Source of the DNA: Octopus vulgaris
Lineage: Eukaryota
Length of the DNA stretch: 64,000 bases
Assembly (NCBI GenBank): GCA_951406725.2
Contig: OX597831.1
Coordinates: 67,270,001-67,334,000, forward strand
Reading direction: 5' to 3'
A program made the translations under genes and the position numbers. Shown here piece after piece: positions 39,241 to 54,136 of this stretch. Below the pieces are notes generated by a model that did not search any database, was not told where the DNA came from, and saw only the letters and a program-made list of their open reading frames with translations. Position 1 is the stretch's first letter. Every line of letters starts with the position of its first letter.

Positions 39241-40470
39241 ACGCATGCATAAATACATACATACACACATACGTACATACATACATACATACATACATAC
39301 ACACACATTTACACACATACACACACACATACATACATACGTACGTACATACATACATACACACACACATACACACACACATACATACATGCATACATAC
39401 ATACACACATACACACACATACACACATACATACATACACACACGCATACATATACATACATACACATACACACACACACACATACACACATACATACAC
39501 ACACACATACATACACACATACATACATACATACATAGATACATACATACACACACATGCACATACATATACATACATACATACATACATACACAGACAC
39601 ATGCAGACATACACGCAGGCACACATACATACATACACACACACATATATACACACACATACATACACACACATATACACACATACACACACACATACAC
39701 ACATACATACATACACACACATACATACATACATACACACATATACACACAAACACACATACATACATACACACACGCATACATATACATACATACACAT
39801 ACACACATACACACATACAAACATACACACACATACGTACACACATACATACATAGATACATACATACACATACATATACATACATACACACACATACAC
39901 GCATGCACACATACATACACATACATACACACACACATACACACACACATACTTACACACATACACACATACATACATACATACATACACACATATAAAC
40001 ATATAAACACGTATATAAGCCTCTACATTGTACACACACGCACACATATATACATACATTCACTCGCACGCACGTACACACACACGCACACACACACATT
40101 TACATATATATGCTATACACGCACACACACATACACACGTACAAACACACACAAACTCACATACACACCGACAGATATACATACACAATATACACCTATC
40201 CGCGCACGCACACATACACATAAACACATACAAACGCACACATACACGCACACACATACACGTACATACATACACACTCACACAAATGAACCCACACATA
40301 CATCCCTACACACACACACGCACGTACAAGCACACACGCATACATACACTAGGTTAAGCACTGTTACTCGCCACACACCTAAACTCTACGCATACACACA
40401 CACGAACACACACATGCACACACTGCAAACAACACACACACATGATACATATACTTACACGCACACACAT
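39240..40470. repeat. Long degenerate (CATA/CA)n tract
   Basis: Direct inspection. Confidence 0.95.
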
Positions 40471-40616
40471 ATATCCCTTTGTTTTTTGACCTGGTTTTGA
40501 CCTAGCTGGATACAAACGAGTGCCACTCCTTTAGGACAGCTAGCTTGCCATGCCAATTATTCACCATACATACACACACACACACGCACGCACGCACAAA
40601 CACGCTTGTCATCCTT

Positions 40617-40654
<38 letters not shown>

Positions 40655-40811
40655 CCACACATATTCCTTGTCTTTGAAACTCTCTTGTTTTTAAAAATCA
40701 TGATTCGTCTACCTCTCAACTTCTGTTCATTCAACATGTGATCTCTTGAGCACCACCAGCTCAAATATTTTTTCCCTCTGTCTTCCCTTCTCGGGATCTT
40801 TCCTTCTCCTT

Positions 40812-40846
40812 GTTTCTGACGAAGAGCTCCGCTCGAAACGTTAAAC
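40812..40846 (+). ncRNA. Minimal type I hammerhead ribozyme (family B)
   Basis: GTTT-CTGACGA-A-GAGC-tcc-GCTC-GAAA-CGTT-AAAC; identical copy at 50406-50440. Confidence 0.85.
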
Positions 40847-40940
40847 CCTCCTTCCCTTCTTTCCTGAGCGTCAAATAATACTTTAATTGTTCCACGTCCT
40901 CGCGTTGCTGTGTTTCTTTTCTGTGTTTTCTTGTTTGGAT

Positions 40941-40984
<44 letters not shown>

Positions 40985-41494
40985 AATGTGTGATTGAAAG
41001 TGAACCTAAATTTGAAAAACTCATAATTGTTTAAAATTTTCAAATTTAGGTGCATTTTCAACAACACATTTGCCTATATTTTTTCCTGCGTGGAGCCCCC
41101 GCCTCTTTTGTTGTACATATAAGAAATACGAGGGGTTTAGTTCACTGGGGATCTAAATAATTAGGTAGGCTGTATAAGTTCTATAATTGGTCATCCTATA
41201 GGTTCCAAGTTTACATCTAAGGCTGGAGCTAGGGATCTGTAGTAGTCTTCCGAGTCAGCATATTAGAGGAGTAAAAGACAACAAAACCAAGATAGTACGA
41301 GTGTCTCAAATCATTTAGAATATTGAATTTGAGTAAGATGAATTTGAAAGAATTAAACAGCTGTAAGGCGTCTAATAATTAATTAATTGATTAATTAATT
41401 ACTTGAAATTAATCTAGCGCTAATTAAATATTCTGAATGACTTGAGATATTCGTCCTGCCTTGGTTTTATGGTCCGTTTACTTATATTTATATA

Positions 41495-42474
41495 CTAGCA
41501 GCATAGCCCGGCGTTGCTCGGGTATGTAAGAAACTTTGTCGATAAGCAATGCCCTTTACCTTTTTACCCTTTTTTGTACTCATTGAACCGTTATTTTGTA
41601 AAATGAAGCCTAAAATGCATTAAGGCATTCAAGGCACCGTTCCCTTGCATGCATGACTACAGCCCAACATTGCTCGGATTTGAAGCAAAAGGAAAACATA
41701 TGCCATTTCTAGTAACCTTTATGATAAAAGCGGCAAAAATCGACTAAATCACCTGAAATCCACCAACTATTTAACAAGAGTCAGTTTTGTAGGGTTCGCA
41801 TGGTCGGTCTCAAAGTGATATGGTTTTGTCGATTTCTCCCAATACTTGTTGACTGCATTGACAAAAGGTCGTTAGTTTGACATTTATTGCAAACTTGATG
41901 TCCAACATCGGTGTAGGGAAAATCTATGTGAACTTTCAAAAAATATCGCAGAAAAATCGGTTTGCTATGTGTGCCACATATGATGTAATTAACCGATTTT
42001 TTCCAGTAATAACGTATCCTATTGCTCGCTGTGAATTTCAAAAAAAATTCCTGCCAATTTGTTAAAGATATTGTCGAAAATATGTCATCTTGAATTTGAA
42101 CGTGATTTCCCAAAATGGCATGATTTTATCGATTTTTTCTGATGGTAAGGTATTGCATGGAAAATTAAGTTCAGAATTAAGTTCCTTAGGGTAACATTAA
42201 GCTTCACCATGAGTTTGGTGAAAATCGATTGCAAGTTGCGAAAACTACAACGGAAAATGTGTTGCATATGATAAGCTTAAATTCTCGACCCCATGTCGAA
42301 TTTATCAATTTTTTTCAGAACTGGAGGAACTTTTCAAAATTTTCGCTGCATTAGTTTTGAATTATGACATTGGGCTGTGTGTGTGTCAAGTTTCATCAGA
42401 ATCGGTTGAAAGCTGTGGTCAAGGTGAGGGTACAACCTGACAGACACACAGACACACAGACAGACAAACTGCCT

Positions 42475-42490
<16 letters not shown>
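41495..42490 (-). mobile_element. Non-autonomous Helitron-like element, second family
   Basis: Minus-strand 3' end CCCGAGCAACGCCGGG hairpin ..CTAG|T; 5' part TATATAAATAAAAGGCAGTTTGTCTGTCTG. Confidence 0.7.
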
Positions 42491-42519
<29 letters not shown>

Positions 42520-42684
42520 TATGTATGTATGTATGTATATGTATATATATATATATATGTATGTATATATATATACATACACACACACACATAATATATA
42601 TATAAAATATAAAATTTTAAATTTAAATTATTAAAATTTAAATTTTTTTTTAACTAACCAAAACGTATAAAAAAATTAAATATA

Positions 42685-43103
42685 GGCGCAGGAGTGGCTG
42701 TTTGGTAAGTAGCTTGCTAACCAACCACATGGTTCCGGGTTTAGTCCCACTGCGTGGCATCTTGGGCAAGTGTCTTCTGCTATAGCCCCGGGCCGACCAA
42801 TGCCTTGTGAGTGGATTTGGTAGACGGAAACTGAAAGAAGCCTGTCGTATATATGTATATATATATATATATGTGTGTGTGTGAATATGTTTGTGTGTCT
42901 GTGTTTGTTTCCCTAGCATTGCTTGACAACCGATGCTGGTGTGTTTACGTCCCCGTCACTTAGCGGTTCGGCAAAAGAGACCGATAGAATAAGTACTGAG
43001 CTTACAAAGAATAAGTCCCGGGGTCGATTTGCTCGACTAAAGGCGGTGCTCCAGCATGGCCGCAGTCAAATGACTGAAACAAGTAAAAAGAGTAAAAAGA
43101 GAA
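42685..43103 (+). mobile_element. SINE family A (full length)
   Basis: Head to tail intact. Confidence 0.9.
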
Positions 43104-43133
43104 AAAAAATAGTATAATATAAGTAATAGAGTG

Positions 43134-43215
<82 letters not shown>

Positions 43216-43511
43216 AATTTACTAGAGAGATACAATTGACAAACCAATAATTTATTTATGTTATAAATAAATTAATCGATTATCAATTGTAACTCTATTT
43301 AATTTTATCTTTGCAATTTGTATAATACCCCTATTTATAAGGAAATCAACTGACGTACCAATTAACTGGATGTTTCACACACCCCTTTAAAGGAAAATAA
43401 ATCCTTGGTTTGTTAATTTATGTATATACACACACACACACACTTCATTCTTTTATTCTTTTACTTGTTACAGAAATTTGACAGCGGTCACGCTTTTAGT
43501 CGACACCAGGA

Positions 43512-43589
<78 letters not shown>

Positions 43590-44002
43590 TGCATTTACGC
43601 ATATATATATATAGAGAGAGAGATTAAATTAGAGATAAAACCACTAATAGGCAAATCAAACAGTGAAAAACATGAACCAAAACCTAAAAATAAAAATAAT
43701 TAATATAAAATACAAAATATATCAAATATAAAATTAAAAATTTTTTTAAATTAATAAATTTTTTAACTTTTAAACTTTTTTTAAATATATATAACTATCA
43801 AAAAGTATTAAAAAGTATATGTGTATATATATATATATATACATATATTTACATACATATACATATGTATATATGTATATATATACGTATATATATTGTA
43901 TCCACTGCTGTCCGACGAACGGTAGTAGCATGAAGTTTTTTCAGCTTTGAGAATATTCGAGTACAATTTTTTCCTACCTTATTTTACATTTATGTGCTCA
44001 TT

Positions 44003-44046
<44 letters not shown>

Positions 44047-44333
44047 CATTTCTGTTATTGTGTTGTATTATCCCACTACTCCCAGGGGGCCTTTTAGTAA
44101 GATGTTGAAAGGCGGGATCTTAAGTACTATGCAGTGGGGGGCAGGAGATTGGAATAGCTTTCAATCTTAACCTCGGGTGTTCTTCCATATACATTTATAT
44201 ATACATAAATACATAAATACATATATATATATATACATTTATGTATATATATATATACATCCACTCATCCATCTACACACATACACACACCCACACACAC
44301 ACGGACACACACACATGCACACATATCATGTAC

Positions 44334-44384
<51 letters not shown>

Positions 44385-45232
44385 TGTTTAAACCTAAGGA
44401 GCGAATGAAGATGTGTACAAAATGTAATATAAACTTATTGACATCAATATAGCAGCACTATGTGCCGAAACATTTAAATTACTGACAACAAAACTGGTAA
44501 ATATATGCTTATGAACGTGTGCGCGTTTGTTTGTATGTACGTACGTATGTATGTTTGTATGTATGTATGTATGTATGTTTGTATGTATGTATGTATGTAT
44601 GTATGTATGCATGCATGCATGTATGTATGTATGTATGTACGTATGTATGTATGTATGTATGAATATGTATGTATGAACGTATGTATGTATGTATATATGT
44701 ATGTATGTATGTATGTATGAATGTATGTATGTATGTACGTACGTATGTATGTATGTATGTATGTATGAAGATATGTATGTATGTATGAATGTATGTATGT
44801 ATGAATGTATGTATGAATGTATGTACGTATGTATGTATGTATGTATGTATGTATGAATGTATGAATGTATGTATGTATGTATGTATGTATGTATGTATGC
44901 ACGTACAAGCGGTCACATATATGTGACAAGCGGTCACATATAAATATACGCATTAAATATAAATATAAATATGAATATATAAATATACGCTTAATTTCTG
45001 TTATTGTGTTGTATTATCCCACTACTCCCAGGGGCCTTATTGTAAGAAATGGAAAGGCGGGATCTTAAGTACTATGCAGTGGGGGCAGGAGATTGGAAGA
45101 GCTTTCAATCTTAACCTCGGGTGTTCTTCCATATACATTTATATATACATAAATACATAAAAACATAAATACATAGATACATACATATATATATACATAT
45201 ATATGTATGTATATATGCGTAAATATATATAA

Positions 45233-45297
<65 letters not shown>

Positions 45298-45545
45298 ATA
45301 GCAAAATAATAAATAAAACATATGCATATAAACATACATATATGTACGTACCTACATCTACATGCATATATACATGCATATATGGGTACGGGACACCAAA
45401 GAAACGTCGAGCACAATGAGAAACGAAAACATAAACACAAAACCAAGGAAATGGACTTTTTTTTTAAACAACGAAAAAAATAGAGTACAAGACTCCCCCT
45501 CTTCAGCCGCCTCTGTTTCATCTACTCCGCGTTTCGCTGTATGTA

Positions 45546-45660
<115 letters not shown>

Positions 45661-45999
45661 ATATATATATATATATATCTTTTTTTCTGCAGTTTCAGCT
45701 CAGAGCTGTGGCCATGCTGGGGCACCGCCATTTTGCAACATTGATATCACTGAGAGCCTCCTCTAATATGTGGCACTTAGAGAAAAAATGGAGTTTGATG
45801 TAGCTACCCTCATTTGCACCTCTTGCCGTGAGGTAAGTTCATCTGGGACTCTCGACAGGGAAAGGTTCAGCCTTGATTTAAAAACGCCTACATCTACTTT
45901 GTGCAGGCTCCTCAGGCTCTTTGAGAGACTATTAAAAAGTCGTGGGCCTCTGAAACCCAGAATGTTATATATATATATGTGTGTGTGTGTGTATGTATG

Positions 46000-46076
<77 letters not shown>

Positions 46077-46103
46077 TTATATATGTGTATATATATATAT
46101 ATA

Positions 46104-46285
46104 TAGGGATAATTCACAAAAAAAAAGACGAAGACACGTGGTGTAGACAACAAACAGATGTATTAGTATAATGCTCGGGAAGTGAAAAAGTTTTTAACGC
46201 TTCGAGCCTACGCTCTCCCACAGAAAGGAACACGGAACGAAACAAGGAGAGAAAATAATGAATAAAGAACGTATAGTGGCTAGAA
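46104..46285 (-). mobile_element. Hammerhead mini-element family C, decayed ribozyme (46192-46227)
   Basis: Core reads CTGTGGG..GAAG; flanks homologous to family C. Confidence 0.65.
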
Positions 46286-47149
46286 TACCGTCACGAGTGG
46301 TAAGCGAATTATCAGTCGTACGTGCAATTAATAAAATATGTACATACAATATTAGATATGTACATATGTACACAAGCCTGTAGTAGATTGTGACTATTCG
46401 GTGGTACAGAAATATTTTTGACTTCTATTTTTAGCGATATAGCTGCTCATATATCGTCTTTGTGCACATATGTACATATCTAATATTGTATGTATATATT
46501 TTATTAATTTGCCTGTACGGCTGATAATTCGCTATATATAATTAAAGAGGAATGTAAAAATACATTACGAAGGATATATCGCAAATAATTCATAATTATT
46601 TATGAATATATCGATAGCCAAACATGCAATCATAAATTTCATAAAAGGAGTGCGTATAATTATGAATAAATCCCAATTATAACTGGGAGGGTTGCAAAAA
46701 CCCTTACATATCTACAAATAGCAGTCAAAACCACTATGAAAACTCATATTCTATCTCTTCACAATAAAGCCGTCGGCGGGTGACATGACATAAAATTCAC
46801 AACTTTAAAATAAAAAGGTTAATTCTCTATTGCCATTTCGAAGTTAAGAACCTAACGGTTTCACTCTTCTCTTCGGGAGAATATTTTTGCAGATACAAAT
46901 TGACACACAAAAAAAAAAAAAACATACCTTGGGGCTTACATGTGTACCGACCGGCAAGAATGATATGTCAACCTCTATCTACACATTCAGATTCTGAATT
47001 CCAACTTATATACCGGATATGAATGAAAAAATTAAATAATTAAAGAGGAATGTAAAATACCTTACGAGGGATATATCATAAAACAATTTATAATTATTTA
47101 TGAATATATCAATGGCCAAACGTATGTATGTATATATGTATATTATATA

Positions 47150-47511
47150 TATATTTAAGGATTGTGTCAAGTCCTCATTAAAGGCCTGTGATATGCAGGA
47201 CACTGACTGGGAGAACAATGCCTGTCAACGCCACAGATGGAGGAAGCAGGTTAAGGAGGGGATCGACACTTTTGAGAGAGCACGTATCCAGCATGAAGAA
47301 CTTAAGCGAGCTGCGCGAAAGCGCACGGCTCGTATAGGGAATGGGGAAAGCTTGGTCTGCAATGTTTGCAGTCGTGTATGCTTGTCAAGAGCAGGGTTCA
47401 TTAGCCACCAACGGAGCCGCAAATGCAAAATATAAGTTAGTCCTAGAGCGCACAATGTTCCTGAAGGTCGGCAATGGTCTTCCTCGGTCACGAGTGGACG
47501 GCCATCATCAT
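47150..47511 (+). mobile_element. RTE-clade LINE extreme 3' end with C2H2-like finger
   Basis: FKDCVKSSLKAC..WENNACQRHRWR..LVCNVCSRVCLSRAGFISHQR; (CAT)3 tail. Confidence 0.8.
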
Positions 47512-47523
47512 ATTATATATATA

Positions 47524-47917
47524 TTACTTGTTTCAGTCATTTCACTGCGGCCATGCTGGAGCACCGCCTTTAGTCGAGCAAATCGACCCCGAGACTTATT
47601 CTTTGTAAGCCCAGTACTTATTCTATCGGTCTCTTTTGCTGAACCGCTAAGTGACGGGGACGTAAACACACCAGCATCGGTTGTCAAGCAATGCTAGGGG
47701 GACAAACACAGACACACAAACATATACACACACTTACATATATATACATATATACGACAGGCTTCTTTCAGTTTCCGTCTACCAAATCCACTCACAAGGC
47801 ATTGGTCGGCCCGGGGCTATAGCAGAAGACACTTGCCCAAGGTGCCACGCAGTGGGACTGAACCCGGAACCATGTAGTTGGTTAGCAAGCTACTTCCCAC
47901 ACAGCCACTCCTGCACC
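47524..47917 (-). mobile_element. SINE family A
   Basis: Homology to other copies. Confidence 0.88.
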
Positions 47918-47956
47918 TATATATATATAATAAATCATAAATCAAAGTGGATGAAA

Positions 47957-48008
<52 letters not shown>

Positions 48009-48190
48009 TACATATATGCATACATATATATATATAATTCAATTTACTCTGTTTTGTACTACTGCTTTTCTTTGGATTGTAATATTGAAGCCTAATATCT
48101 CGATGAACTTTTTATGCATTTTGTATTCCTACGATAAAGGAACTTGACCTACGAAAATCTGTTTTTCATCCACTTTGATTTATGATTTTA

Positions 48191-48246
<56 letters not shown>

Positions 48247-48507
48247 GTGTATATTTACGGAAACCACTAGGTGGATAACCATACGCTAGAAGATCACATA
48301 TAACTACATTCTGGAGAACATTTTTTCTTTGTAGTTAGATCGCATGTGATCTTCTTCTAGCGTATGGTTATCCACCTGGTGGTTATCCCTAAATATACAC
48401 ATGTATTGAAATTTTTTCTGATTTTTCAGATTTTCTATACGCTAGGCTACTGGTTTTAAATTGATATTAATTAAATCAATATTCAATTTATCTCCCTCAT
48501 TATTTAA

Positions 48508-48560
<53 letters not shown>

Positions 48561-48706
48561 AATGGGACAAGAACGCAAAACATCCGGATAACTAGGTGAT
48601 AGAAAAGGGGCAACAAACATCCAGATAGACGATACAAAAAAACACGGACGGGTCATTCGTAGCTTTTTTTCTTCAGTCAAGAACCGGATCATCCTCGCAA
48701 TTTCGG

Positions 48707-48741
<35 letters not shown>

Positions 48742-48953
48742 GAAAGAAAATAGAGAATTATGTATATATATATATATGTATATATGTATATATAATTATG
48801 TATATATATATATATATAATGAAAGAAAATAGAGAATTATGGATGTATAAGCAATTTATTTGTATGATATTATCAGGCTGAAAGGTTTTTTTCTATAAAA
48901 ACAATACAAATAAATTATAAATTACAAAGCTGTAAAAGAAATGGCAGGTGCCA

Positions 48954-49081
48954 AAAACCTACATATATGTTTCGACTCATGCCCCTAAGGTGATTCGTAA
49001 TTCTAAGTATTTGAGTAGGGTCATATGCTAAGATTTGGTCATCATTTTCAACTATATGGGGCAGAATCTCATCAGAGATTT
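48954..49081 (-). ncRNA. Type I hammerhead ribozyme with very long stem II insertion
   Basis: AAATCT-CTGATGA-GATTC-TGCCCC..GGGGCA-t-GAGTC-GAAA-CATATATG-TA-GGTTTT; stem I imperfect. Confidence 0.65.
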
Positions 49082-49355
49082 ATGAGCTTATACTACAAAG
49101 GTTAGCATATTTCTTGAAAGGATGCAGACCAAATGCTAAAATGTTTAAGAAGTTAAATCATATATATTATGTGTATTTATTTAGCTAGTGAATTATTAAT
49201 GTAAGTAAAGATACAATAAAATGAAATAACATAAGAATAAAGGTAAAATAAGATAAATGATAAAAAGTAGAGAAAAATATAAATGTGTGTAAAATATATA
49301 ATATATAAATTTAAATAAAAGGAAAGAATAATACTTAAATATGCAAAGTGAAGTA

Positions 49356-49698
49356 TTCTTTTACTCTTTTACTTGTTTCAGTCATTTGACTGCGGCCATG
49401 CTGGAGCACCACCTTTAGTCGAGCAAATCGACCCCAGTATCTTTTGCCGAACCGCTAAGTTACGGGGACGTAAACACACTAGCATCGGTTGTCAAGCGAT
49501 GTTGGGGGGGGGGGGGACAAACACAGACACAAACATGCACACACACACATATATATATATATACATATACATACAGACGACGGGCTTCTTTTCAGTTTCC
49601 GTCTACCAAATCCACTCACAAAGCTTTGGTCGGCCCGATGCTATAGTAGAAGACACTTGCCCAAGGTGCCACGCAGTGGGATTGAACCCAGAACCATG
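49356..49698 (-). mobile_element. SINE family A
   Basis: Homology to other copies; inserted in one arm of a long inverted repeat. Confidence 0.82.
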
Positions 49699-50405
49699 AA
49701 GGGTAAGCTAGATAGTAAAAAAATAATTAGTCGACCGCTGTAGATGAATTAGTCGACCGTTATAGATGAATTATTTTCCTTGGTTTGACAGAGTAAATTA
49801 AATTATATTATAATTCATATTTGTTAAATTATCTTTAAATATCAATACTGGGTTTAACAACTAAATAGTTCTAATCTGTCTTGGCAAAAAATTGATTATA
49901 AATAGAAGTACTGCGTTTTGCTTCATATATTGTAGTAAGCTATTCCTACATATAATGAAATTATCTCTAATTTACTTATTTATTTAGTTAATATTTAATT
50001 ACAAACATATTATGCTACGTTGTATCAAATACCCAATATATACTCCCATATATTCTACTACATTTTATTTCATTTTATTATATTTTGTTCTTTTTCTGCT
50101 CACTCCCTCGTTCAACTTTTCTTTTTATTTGACCGCTGAACTGATCAATTATAGATATTAAACTTCCAATGCATAACTCCAACAACTTAACTTTTCTGAT
50201 AATAAATAAGTGAAAATAAATTTAATAAATTTATATATTGAGTGTGAGAGAGAGATATGTTTGTGTGAATATACGCATGTGTGCATATGTGTAGATACGT
50301 ATGCACATATATTGAAGTATATATGTGTATACATATGACCGCGTATGTAGCGTTGGCGACTTTTTTTCCATCGTCTTCCCTTCTTTGGATCTTTCCTTTT
50401 CCGAT

Positions 50406-50440
50406 GTTTCTGACGAAGAGCTCCGCTCGAAACGTTAAAC
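50406..50440 (+). ncRNA. Minimal type I hammerhead ribozyme (family B)
   Basis: Identical to 40812-40846; within a ~200-bp TA-terminated element (50337-50543). Confidence 0.85.
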
Positions 50441-50539
50441 CCTCCTTCTTTCCTTCCTTCCTGAGCGTCCAATAATACTATATTTGTTCCACGTCCTCAC
50501 GTTGTTGTGTTTTCTCTTTGTGTTTTCATGTTTGAATTA

Positions 50540-50582
<43 letters not shown>

Positions 50583-51459
50583 TTTATAATAGGGTTCAGC
50601 AAAGATTTGCTTTACCACATACCGAAGTTTAGAAATAGCAGCCAAAGAACCTTAGCTATTTCATCTACTTTAAAAAGAAACTCCCGGAAAAAACAAATTA
50701 CTCGAAAACAATTACTCGAAATGGTCCTTTTTCATACCGAATTCTACTTGGTGAAATTATTGATTACTGGTTAATTAATTAATTTTATCCTTTGTTATTA
50801 TTGATATATATATATGCGGATGTGTAAATACATAAATATGAATATATACACTTTATTGACAACTAAGGGTTTACATGTAAGACTTTCATGATACATATCT
50901 TAACGGTCAGATTTTTCAAACTTTTTTCTACACTTGATTTTAAATATGACACAATATGATGTGAATGCTTTGCATCCATAGATTTCTTGAACTGTATCTA
51001 TTACCAAACCAATGAAAATAATTCATCTATAACGGTCGACTAATTATTTTTTTACAATCTAACTTATACTTCATTTATTTTATTATATAATACTTGCCTT
51101 GCTTATATATGTATTGTTCTTTCCTTTTATTTAAATTTATATATTATATATTTTGCGTACATTTACATTTTTCTTTACTTTTTATATTATATCTTTTTAC
51201 TTATATTTTGTTATTTTTATGTTATTTTATTCTATCTTTACGTACGTCAGTAATTCACATACGCATAATATATATAACCAAGTTTAGATTTAAATAATTT
51301 TTTTAATTTAAGATCAAAATATATTCATCTTCGCTTCAACGATAGAAGAAAGCATGAATAATTTCATAGTTTTGGTCTCATGAAACAAAAATTTGTATCA
51401 AGAAAGTTGCGAAGTAAAATATCATGAAAAAATATAAGGTAAAAAATTGGATTTAAGTA

Positions 51460-51902
51460 TACTCTTTTACTCTTTTACTTGTTTCAGTCATTTGACTGCA
51501 GCCATGCTGGAGCACCGCCTTTAGTCGAGCAAATCGACCCCGAGACTTATTCTTTGTAAGCCCAGTACTTATTCTATCAGTCTCTTTTGCCGAACCGCTA
51601 AGTAACGGGGACGTAAACACACCAGCATCGGTTGTCAAGCAATGCTAGGGGGACAAACAGACACACAAACACACATACATATATATATACATATATACGA
51701 CGGGCTTCTTTCAGTTTCCGTCTACCAAATCCACGCACAAGGCATTGGTCGGCCCGGGGCTATAGCAGAAGACACTTGCCCAAGATGTCACGCAGTGGGA
51801 CTGAACCCGGAACCATGTGGTTGGTTAGCATTCTACTTACCACACAGCCACTACCCACTCCTGCGCAGCCACTCCTATAATTACCACACAGTCACTCCTA
51901 TA
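51460..51902 (-). mobile_element. SINE family A
   Basis: Homology to other copies; head partly duplicated. Confidence 0.85.
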
Positions 51903-52588
51903 ATTAACTTTTTATTTTAAAAACAAACTATATTTTAATTAAGCTTAAATGATAGAGCTCAACTCAAGGAATTTCATGGTATCAATCTCATGCAAAAAAA
52001 GTTATGAGTGTTTGTTTCTCAAATTTGAATATTATTTCTCTTGCTCGCGTTTTTCTATGTAATGTACCTTGCTTCTTCCATTTGTTGCCGTTAACCGCAG
52101 AACTTGTGTGTAGAGATGTTGGTTGACTTCACTTTAATTTGGACTTATTTTATCCGGTAGCCTGTAATTTGACACTCCCGGTATTTTGACTACGGTAATT
52201 TGACCCCCGGTAATTTGAGTGTCAGTCAATTTCCCTCCTGATAATTTCACTCCCGATATTAGAAAAAAATAAAACGTTGAATAACGATAAAATAAAAGTA
52301 CAGTAAAACATAAAAATATTTCTAAAAGCTTCAATAATTATGAAGGTTATGAGCTATAGCTCGTATAAAGTCCACCTTATTTGCAGGACTATATCACTGA
52401 ATAATTATCTGCAGCTATTTGTTTATATCTTTATAGTTTTTTTTTTGGTGGGGGGAGTCTTGCAGATCTGACCTTGATCAAATTCAACCTTTCTTGGTTG
52501 CGTCAAATGTTCTTCCTTTTCAATGCAGTAATTAATTTCCATAGATTCGGATGTGTACAAGTTAAAGAACTTTGTAGTGCATTGTGAT

Positions 52589-52981
52589 GGCGAGCTGGCA
52601 GAAACGTTAGCACGCCGGGCGAAATGCTCAACGGTATTTCGTCTGCCGTTACGTTGTGAGTTCAAATTCCGCCGAGTTCGACTTTACCTTTCATCCTTTC
52701 GGGGTCGATAAATTAAGTACCAGTTACGCACTGGGGTCGATGTAATCGACTTAATACCTATGTCTGTCCTTGTTTGTCCCCTCTATGTTTAGCCCCTTGT
52801 GGGTAATAAAGAAATAGGTATTTCGTCTGCCGCTACGTTCTGAGTTCAAATTCCGCCGAGGTCGACTTTACCTTTAATCCTTTCGGGGTCGATAAATTAA
52901 GTACCAATTGCGTACTTGGGATCGATTTAATCGACTGGCTCACTCCTCCAAAATTTCGGGCCCTTGTGCCTAGAGTAGAAA
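52589..52981 (+). mobile_element. Nested SINE family B pair
   Basis: GGTATTTCGTCTGCCG repeated at 52633-52648 and 52817-52832. Confidence 0.82.
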
Positions 52982-52984
52982 ATA

Positions 52985-53400
52985 TTGTGATATCCCTCTG
53001 AATGGTTATTAGTGCGAGGCACATCTGATTCTGTTCTAAAGCAGACATTCCAACTATCAATGGGAAACAAAGGAGTTCTTCGTTGTCTACTTCCTCTACC
53101 TCGCATGCATCCCATGCACGATAATTCAAAGTAGAACATAAGTTCTTGCGGAAGATCGTCGTCAACTACAAGATCTTCAAATCCATCAATCACATTATCG
53201 AGAGGAAGAAAAACCAGCGCGAAAATCATTTGATTTTAACGCTAAACTCATAATGTCGGCAGATGTAGTTCACCAGAATAGTATGCAATCGGTAATGTAT
53301 TGTGCTTTATATATGTAATTCATGTCATACACAAGTTTCTTCCTTCCATGGATATTGTTAAAAACGTGAGACATGGTGTATGTATATTTCCTTTTTAAGT
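52985..53400 (-). mobile_element. MULE (Mutator-like) transposase relic
   Basis: ALVFLP..GFEDL..YFE..RRTPLFP..WNV..PRTNNHSEGYHN; upstream GRKKLVYDMNYIY is FLYWCH-like. Confidence 0.8.
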
Positions 53401-53585
53401 AACGAATCAGGCAGGAATGGATCACGGGTAAACCTGTTAACTCTTTAAATAAAACACCCGAGTGGATGACTGAAATGATATTATCAGTTAACTTAATCAC
53501 TCTGTAAATAAACAACCGAATAGGTGACTGAAATGATACGTTCACTTAACTGAATTACGCTGTAAATCGCCATCAGCAACAACAA

Positions 53586-53617
<32 letters not shown>

Positions 53618-53639
53618 ACAATAATCTCGAAATTGAAGT

Positions 53640-53811
53640 ATTCAAGATGTGAGGCATGAAGGTGAAAACAAGATTCGAAGGAGCTGGCTCCATTGCGGAT
53701 AGCAGTCCTCCATGGCAATCTGTTCCTATGAGGATGGCTGGATGTTAGCTTGAGCCAAGGTTCGTTTCAGCTAGTCTTTAAAACGGAATTTCGGGCCTCC
53801 TCTTGGTCTTG
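53640..53811 (-). mobile_element. Small RTE LINE fragment
   Basis: Minus-strand translation RPRGGPKFRFKD*LKRTLAQANI. Confidence 0.55.
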
Positions 53812-54056
53812 TTATATATATGGGTACAGAACATCACTGACAGTAAACAACATGAAATACGAAAATAAATGAGCTAAATATGCAAACAACGAGACAAGTA
53901 ACACAAAAAAAGACCCTTCATCCTCGAAATGAGGAGTAGAAAGACAACTGTGTTATTTGTTCTGTGTCCCATTTTTTCTCTCGTTGTTTGCGTACTTAAT
54001 TCATTTGTTTTCGTATTTCTTGTTTACTGTTGGTGACGTTTTGTACCCATATATGC

Positions 54057-54114
<58 letters not shown>

Positions 54115-54136
54115 ATGTATATATTATATATATACT

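Noticed and set aside
39200-40500. Long ORFs of 230-300 aa (poly-HT/YI/CV)
   Set aside because: Translations of CA/CATA microsatellites that lack stops; the same applies to most ORFs in the track.
42685-42760. SINE heads as true tRNA genes
   Set aside because: No complete cloverleaf; they continue into SINE body and tail in many copies.
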